Part shown: positions 60,290 to 64,000 of the stretch, piece by piece
How positions within the stretch are numbered: position 1 is the stretch's first letter
Layout: each line of letters begins with the position of its first letter
Source: an archaeon
GTDB taxonomy: Archaea > Asgardarchaeota > Thorarchaeia > Thorarchaeales > Thorarchaeaceae
Assembly (NCBI GenBank): GCA_024276825.1
Contig: JAJRWI010000015.1
Coordinates: forward strand, 32,001 to 96,000
DNA: 64,000 nucleotides
Direction of reading: 5' to 3'
Made by a program: the position numbers and the translations under genes
The notes under the pieces: generated by a model
Seen by the model: only the letters and a program-made list of their open reading frames with translations
What the model was told of the DNA's origin: nothing
The model's database searches: none

Positions 60290-61026
60290 TCTGACTCCTC
60301 CTCGTCTGAGAACTCAATGTCAATGTCCTCCTCTTCGGGCTCTTCCTCCTCAGCTGGCATTCCCGTCAATTCCTCCTGCTTCTCAAGGCGATAGGTAAGC
60401 CATTGGGCCAGTTTGTAGGCCAGACGCCCCATTACTGTGATGTAGTACATTCCTCGGACCTCCCCTTTGATGATATAACCCGCTTCAAGTAGTGGTGTCA
60501 GATGGTGAGTAAGGGAGCTGCCAGTCTTGCCAATGTATTGCTCGAGTTCATTGAAGGACTTGCCACCATTTCTGAGGTAGTCGAGGATTCGTAGTCTGTC
60601 GACATTTCCTAGGGGGTCCACAACTCGTGCAATACGTTCAGGAGGTATTGCTTGGATTGATTTCATACTCCTTGGTCGCTGCCCCTTCATTCGCTTGAGT
60701 GGGCGAATTCTGATCTCCTTTCCGACACCATCCAGACAGCCGACTGCAAGACGAATCTGCTCACCAATTCCCTCCATCATCTCATCAAGACCATCTATCA
60801 GAGGGCCCAGATCAATGACTGGTGGTGGTGGATGAACATGCCTATGCTTGTGTGGAGGACCGGGTTGAGGTGGGCGAGGGTGAGGGCCTGCTTGGGGAGG
60901 GGGCGGGCCAGGAGGACCCTCAGGCATGGGCGGTTCTACGCCCTGCTCTTTTTCGCGTTTCAGGTTTTCAAACTCTCTCTTCAGGTGCTCAATCTCTCTT
61001 CGGAGTTCTTCAATATCGTCGCTCAT
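60286..61026 (-). CDS. ArsR-family wHTH regulator with coiled-coil and Pro-rich N-terminus
   Basis: LGNVDRLRIL..KSFNEL..SSLTHHL..LLEAGYI..YYIT..G. Confidence 0.8.
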   Translation of the reverse strand: MSDDIEELRREIEHLKREFENLKREKEQGVEPPMPEGPPGPPPPQAGPHPRPPQPGPPHKHRHVHPPPPVIDLGPLIDGLDEMMEGIGEQIRLAVGCLDGVGKEIRIRPLKRMKGQRPRSMKSIQAIPPERIARVVDPLGNVDRLRILDYLRNGGKSFNELEQYIGKTGSSLTHHLTPLLEAGYIIKGEVRGMYYITVMGRLAYKLAQWLTYRLEKQEELTGMPAEEEEPEEEDIDIEFSDEEESE

Positions 61027-61188
61027 TGTATTTCAACTGTAAATTTTTACAGTTCTATATTCGGCAAATTTACATTTAAATCTTCGGTTTTTATACATTA
61101 ATGAGTGAGTGAAATCTGGTAAACACATTCGAGAATAAGCCAAAATGGCTGGTTTAATGCAAAATTTGGCACTTTAGCCAAAATACGC

Positions 61189-61196
61189 TTATAAAT
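61189..61196 (+). promoter_or_regulatory. TATA box of the histone gene
   Basis: ttataaat preceded by purine-rich BRE-like caaaa, about 45 nt upstream of ATG. Confidence 0.5.
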
Positions 61197-61239
61197 AACC
61201 AATGTAAAGATAGTTAACCACCGAAAGGGGGTATATACT

Positions 61240-61437
61240 ATGTCAAAAAAGAAAAAGGCTAAAATCCCAACATTTTTTGTGAAATCCGCTTTGAAGGAGT
61301 ATGCTAAGGCAAATGGTGTTCAGATCGGCAGTGATGCATACGATCGCTTCAATCAAGAGATTGCAAATCTATTGAACGCTGCTTTTGAGAGGACTAAGAA
61401 CAACAAACGCAAGACACTGAAAGCATACGACTTCTAG
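61240..61437 (+). CDS. Short histone-fold protein (truncated alpha3) with Lys-rich N-terminal tail
   Basis: VKSALKEY..GSDAY..A..RTKNNKRKTLKAYDF (RxTxxxxD). Confidence 0.82.
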   Translation: MSKKKKAKIPTFFVKSALKEYAKANGVQIGSDAYDRFNQEIANLLNAAFERTKNNKRKTLKAYDF

Positions 61438-61544
61438 TTCGTTTACAACTATGGGATAAGGGTGTTAATAACTGCACAATAATCTCAAAGACAGCATAGT
61501 GAAGACTTCAAGCGACCAGGATTCACACCCTGTCCCGAACATTG

Positions 61545-62234
61545 TCAATTATTTTTTTGTGATTGTATTATACCATTCTGCTCAAGCTCAGAGAAAATAT
61601 TAACCACAAGTTCAAGAGGGATATCAAGTTCTTTTGCGATTTGAGCGCAGATGTCTTCAAGATTAAACAGATTGCCAAGTGCGAAACGACGAATCAGTTG
61701 TATCATACGTATCTGTTTGGCATTAAAGGCCAATTGCAATGCCTTCGGGTGGATAGAGTATTCCAACTTTTGCTTTTTAGCAGTGAGGAAGTCCAATAGT
61801 TGTTGAGAAGCCCATTCATGATCGAAGAATGTCCTGTCGCCTTGCCAGTTGTTAAGAATGAGCCCAAATTCAGATTCAAAATAATCTATGAATCTCTGGA
61901 GACGAAGCAGAATGATGTCATCAATGTTCTTCTTAGATATGATTATGCCAGCAAGATAGGTCCCGTAGCATATTGTTGAGGTCATGTCATCAATCTTCAG
62001 GATCATATGTTGCCTGCAGTCAAACTCAGGGTTTGACTGACTCCTAGCAAGAACAATTGCTGTGAGTAGGGCACTGAATAAATCAGGTTCAATGTCTTCA
62101 TCGGTTAGAGAGATGTTGAATAAGGAGAGTCCACTACTTATCTGTGATATGATGACACTGTGGATGTCATTGAGTTCAACCCTGATTCCTGGAGAAACTA
62201 TTTGCATTAATTTTCCCCCTGACAACCTTGGCAA
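61545..62234 (-). CDS. Longin-like domain plus C-terminal winged helix protein
   Basis: SGLSLF..EPDLFSALLTAI..FIDYFESEF; C-terminal FSELEQNGII. Confidence 0.5.
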   Translation of the reverse strand: MPRLSGGKLMQIVSPGIRVELNDIHSVIISQISSGLSLFNISLTDEDIEPDLFSALLTAIVLARSQSNPEFDCRQHMILKIDDMTSTICYGTYLAGIIISKKNIDDIILLRLQRFIDYFESEFGLILNNWQGDRTFFDHEWASQQLLDFLTAKKQKLEYSIHPKALQLAFNAKQIRMIQLIRRFALGNLFNLEDICAQIAKELDIPLELVVNIFSELEQNGIIQSQKNN

Positions 62235-62389
62235 TGATCCCCGTTGCCAAGCAGTGATATTTTGTTGTCATATCATATAATAAGTATTATCAGTTTGATG
62301 TTAAATTATTTTCTACTAACGCTAAAACGCACAAATTGAAAAGTTGAGAGAAAAGAGGCCCCCCGAATAATATGAGGAGCCAGTATGAA

Positions 62390-63589
62390 TTATCTCTCAG
62401 CCTTGAGACGTTTAATCTCTTCAATCAGGGCAGGGACAACCTCGAAGAGGTCACCCACAATTCCAAAGTCGGCAATCTCAAATATTGGCGCTTCTGGATC
62501 TTTGTTGATTGCAACAATGATGTCGGATGATGACATTCCAGCAAGGTGTTGAATGGCACCTGATATTCCAAGTGCTATATAGAGTCGTGGACATACTGTT
62601 CGGCCAGACTGACCAACTTGCTGAGTGGGAGGAAGCCAGCCCAAGTCAACAATTGGACGTGATCCACCAACTGCTGCATCAAGCAATTCAGCAAGTCTGC
62701 GTGACAAGTCCAGATTTGAAGGGTCCTTGATCCCACGGCCACTACTGACAATCACATCGGCCTCTTCCACGGATTTCATGCCCTCAGTGACTTCGCTCAC
62801 TCTATCGAGCACCCGAGTTCGAACCTGAACAGGATTGATCTTTGCATCAAACTTCTCAATCTCACCAGTTCTCGAAGTGTCGGGCTCACCAGGTTTGAAC
62901 ACGTTGGGGCGCACAGTGGCCATCTGGGGTCGGGTGTAGGGTGATATGATCTCTGCCATGATGTTTCCACCAAAGGCAGGGCGAGTCTGAATCAATTGAC
63001 GTTCCTCATCAATATCAAGACCAGTACAGTCAGCAGTAAGGCCAAGACCAAGTCTTGCTGCAATTCTTGGTGCTAAATCTCGACCGTTATTGGTTGCACC
63101 AAAAAGAACCACTGCAGGTTTTGCAGGGGCAATCAGGGATGCAAGAGTAATAGTGTAGGCATCGGTAGTATAGTCCCTGAATATCTTATCATCAGCAACT
63201 ATCACCTTGTCAGCACCATAATGAATCAGAGTTTCTGCCAGCGAAGTTACCTCATGACCTATCAATACAGCGACGAGATTTTCACCGAGTTTGTCAGCAA
63301 GCTCCCGACCTTTTGTTACCAGTTCGAGGGCCACGCTTCTCAAGCGTCTATCTACAGTTTCACAGAAGACCCATACATCTTTGTACTGCGCAATGAGCTC
63401 CTTGTCTATCATCTTGCGCTCAATGAGAATTGCATCTGCAGGACAGACTGCCTCACATGAGCCACAGAGCACACATTTGTCAAGGTCAAATTTCACCTTG
63501 TCGCCATCACGCTCTATCGCACCAAAACTGCAGGCCTTGATGCATAGCATGCAACCCGTACATGCATCTCTATCGTAAATCAGCCCCAT
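62390..63589 (-). CDS. etfA: Electron transfer flavoprotein alpha subunit with N-terminal 2x[4Fe-4S] domain
   Basis: Two CxxCxxCxxxC; GLTADC, QVGQSG, GISGAIQH, AINKD. Confidence 0.93.
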   Translation of the reverse strand: MGLIYDRDACTGCMLCIKACSFGAIERDGDKVKFDLDKCVLCGSCEAVCPADAILIERKMIDKELIAQYKDVWVFCETVDRRLRSVALELVTKGRELADKLGENLVAVLIGHEVTSLAETLIHYGADKVIVADDKIFRDYTTDAYTITLASLIAPAKPAVVLFGATNNGRDLAPRIAARLGLGLTADCTGLDIDEERQLIQTRPAFGGNIMAEIISPYTRPQMATVRPNVFKPGEPDTSRTGEIEKFDAKINPVQVRTRVLDRVSEVTEGMKSVEEADVIVSSGRGIKDPSNLDLSRRLAELLDAAVGGSRPIVDLGWLPPTQQVGQSGRTVCPRLYIALGISGAIQHLAGMSSSDIIVAINKDPEAPIFEIADFGIVGDLFEVVPALIEEIKRLKAER

Positions 63590-63592
63590 TTC

Positions 63593-64000
63593 TCATATCG
63601 CCCCCTTCTTTGCAAGGAACTCCACAAGTTGCTTGGCCGCCTCTTTGGGGTCCTCAGCCTCAATCTTGATACCGCCAGACCTCTTCTCAGGTGGGAACAC
63701 TTTCCGCACTGCAGTGGGAGAACCCTTTAAGCCAATCAGGTCCTCGTTGACACCAAGAGCTGCTGCATCAACCACCTCGAGGGGCTTTTTCTTCGCCTTC
63801 ATTATGCCCATTATATTCGGGAGCCTTGGCTCATTGAGACCCTTTGTGGCTGTAATGAGAACTGGTAGCTTTGCCTTTACAACTTCATAGCCCTCATCAG
63901 TCTCCCTATGAGCAATGACTGTCTTTCCATCTTCAGACATCTCAAGATGCCTGACATAACATATTTGAGGAATTCCAAGTAGTTCGGCCAACTCGGGACC
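63593..64000 (-). CDS. etfB: Electron transfer flavoprotein beta subunit (5' part outside window)
   Basis: LAELLGIPQI, NEPRLP, GLKGSPT. Confidence 0.9.
   Translation of the reverse strand, partial: GPELAELLGIPQICYVRHLEMSEDGKTVIAHRETDEGYEVVKAKLPVLITATKGLNEPRLPNIMGIMKAKKKPLEVVDAAALGVNEDLIGLKGSPTAVRKVFPPEKRSGGIKIEAEDPKEAAKQLVEFLAKKGAI

Noticed and set aside
61453-61536. tRNA-Sec (contains CTTCA, tRNA-like length)
   Set aside because: No anticodon stem, T-loop or cloverleaf on either strand
1-64000. CRISPR arrays, rRNA, tRNA or integrase/prophage genes
   Set aside because: None recognised by eye; the only clear direct repeats are intragenic (uS3 tail, PPC duplication). A tRNAscan/Infernal run is still advisable.

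Overview
Archaeal chromosomal segment, most likely from an Asgard archaeon (Thorarchaeia-like). This is inferred from the selB-SepSecS pair, roadblock and longin-like proteins, a Get3-type ATPase and extended r-proteins. 1-24.9 kb is housekeeping: SepSecS, SelB, EndA, UppP, Get3, Rpo12, aIF1, TFB, Map, GGGP synthase, HdrA, MobA and HypD. 25.1-35.0 kb is a uL22-to-uL15 ribosomal protein operon with a strongly structured leader and an inserted Hsp20, followed by an inverted secY. 37.4-44.5 kb is an accessory island of secreted hydrolases (a CUB-PPC-PPC-metacaspase interrupted by one in-frame TAG, a Zn phospholipase C/P1-type enzyme and a prodomain-less subtilisin) plus an internally deleted IS607-like element that keeps a structured right-end RNA. 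44.5-64 kb holds assorted enzymes, a surface protein with a membrane-bound regulator, a heterodimeric ABC exporter, a tailed short histone and etfAB. Best leads: (1) an unannotated membrane micro-ORF whose UGA may be selenocysteine, near selB/SepSecS; (2) the amber-interrupted secreted metacaspase; (3) the omega-RNA-like mini-IS607; (4) the r-operon leader RNA; (5) a 32-aa TM peptide coupled to Get3. All calls were made by eye and no searches were run.
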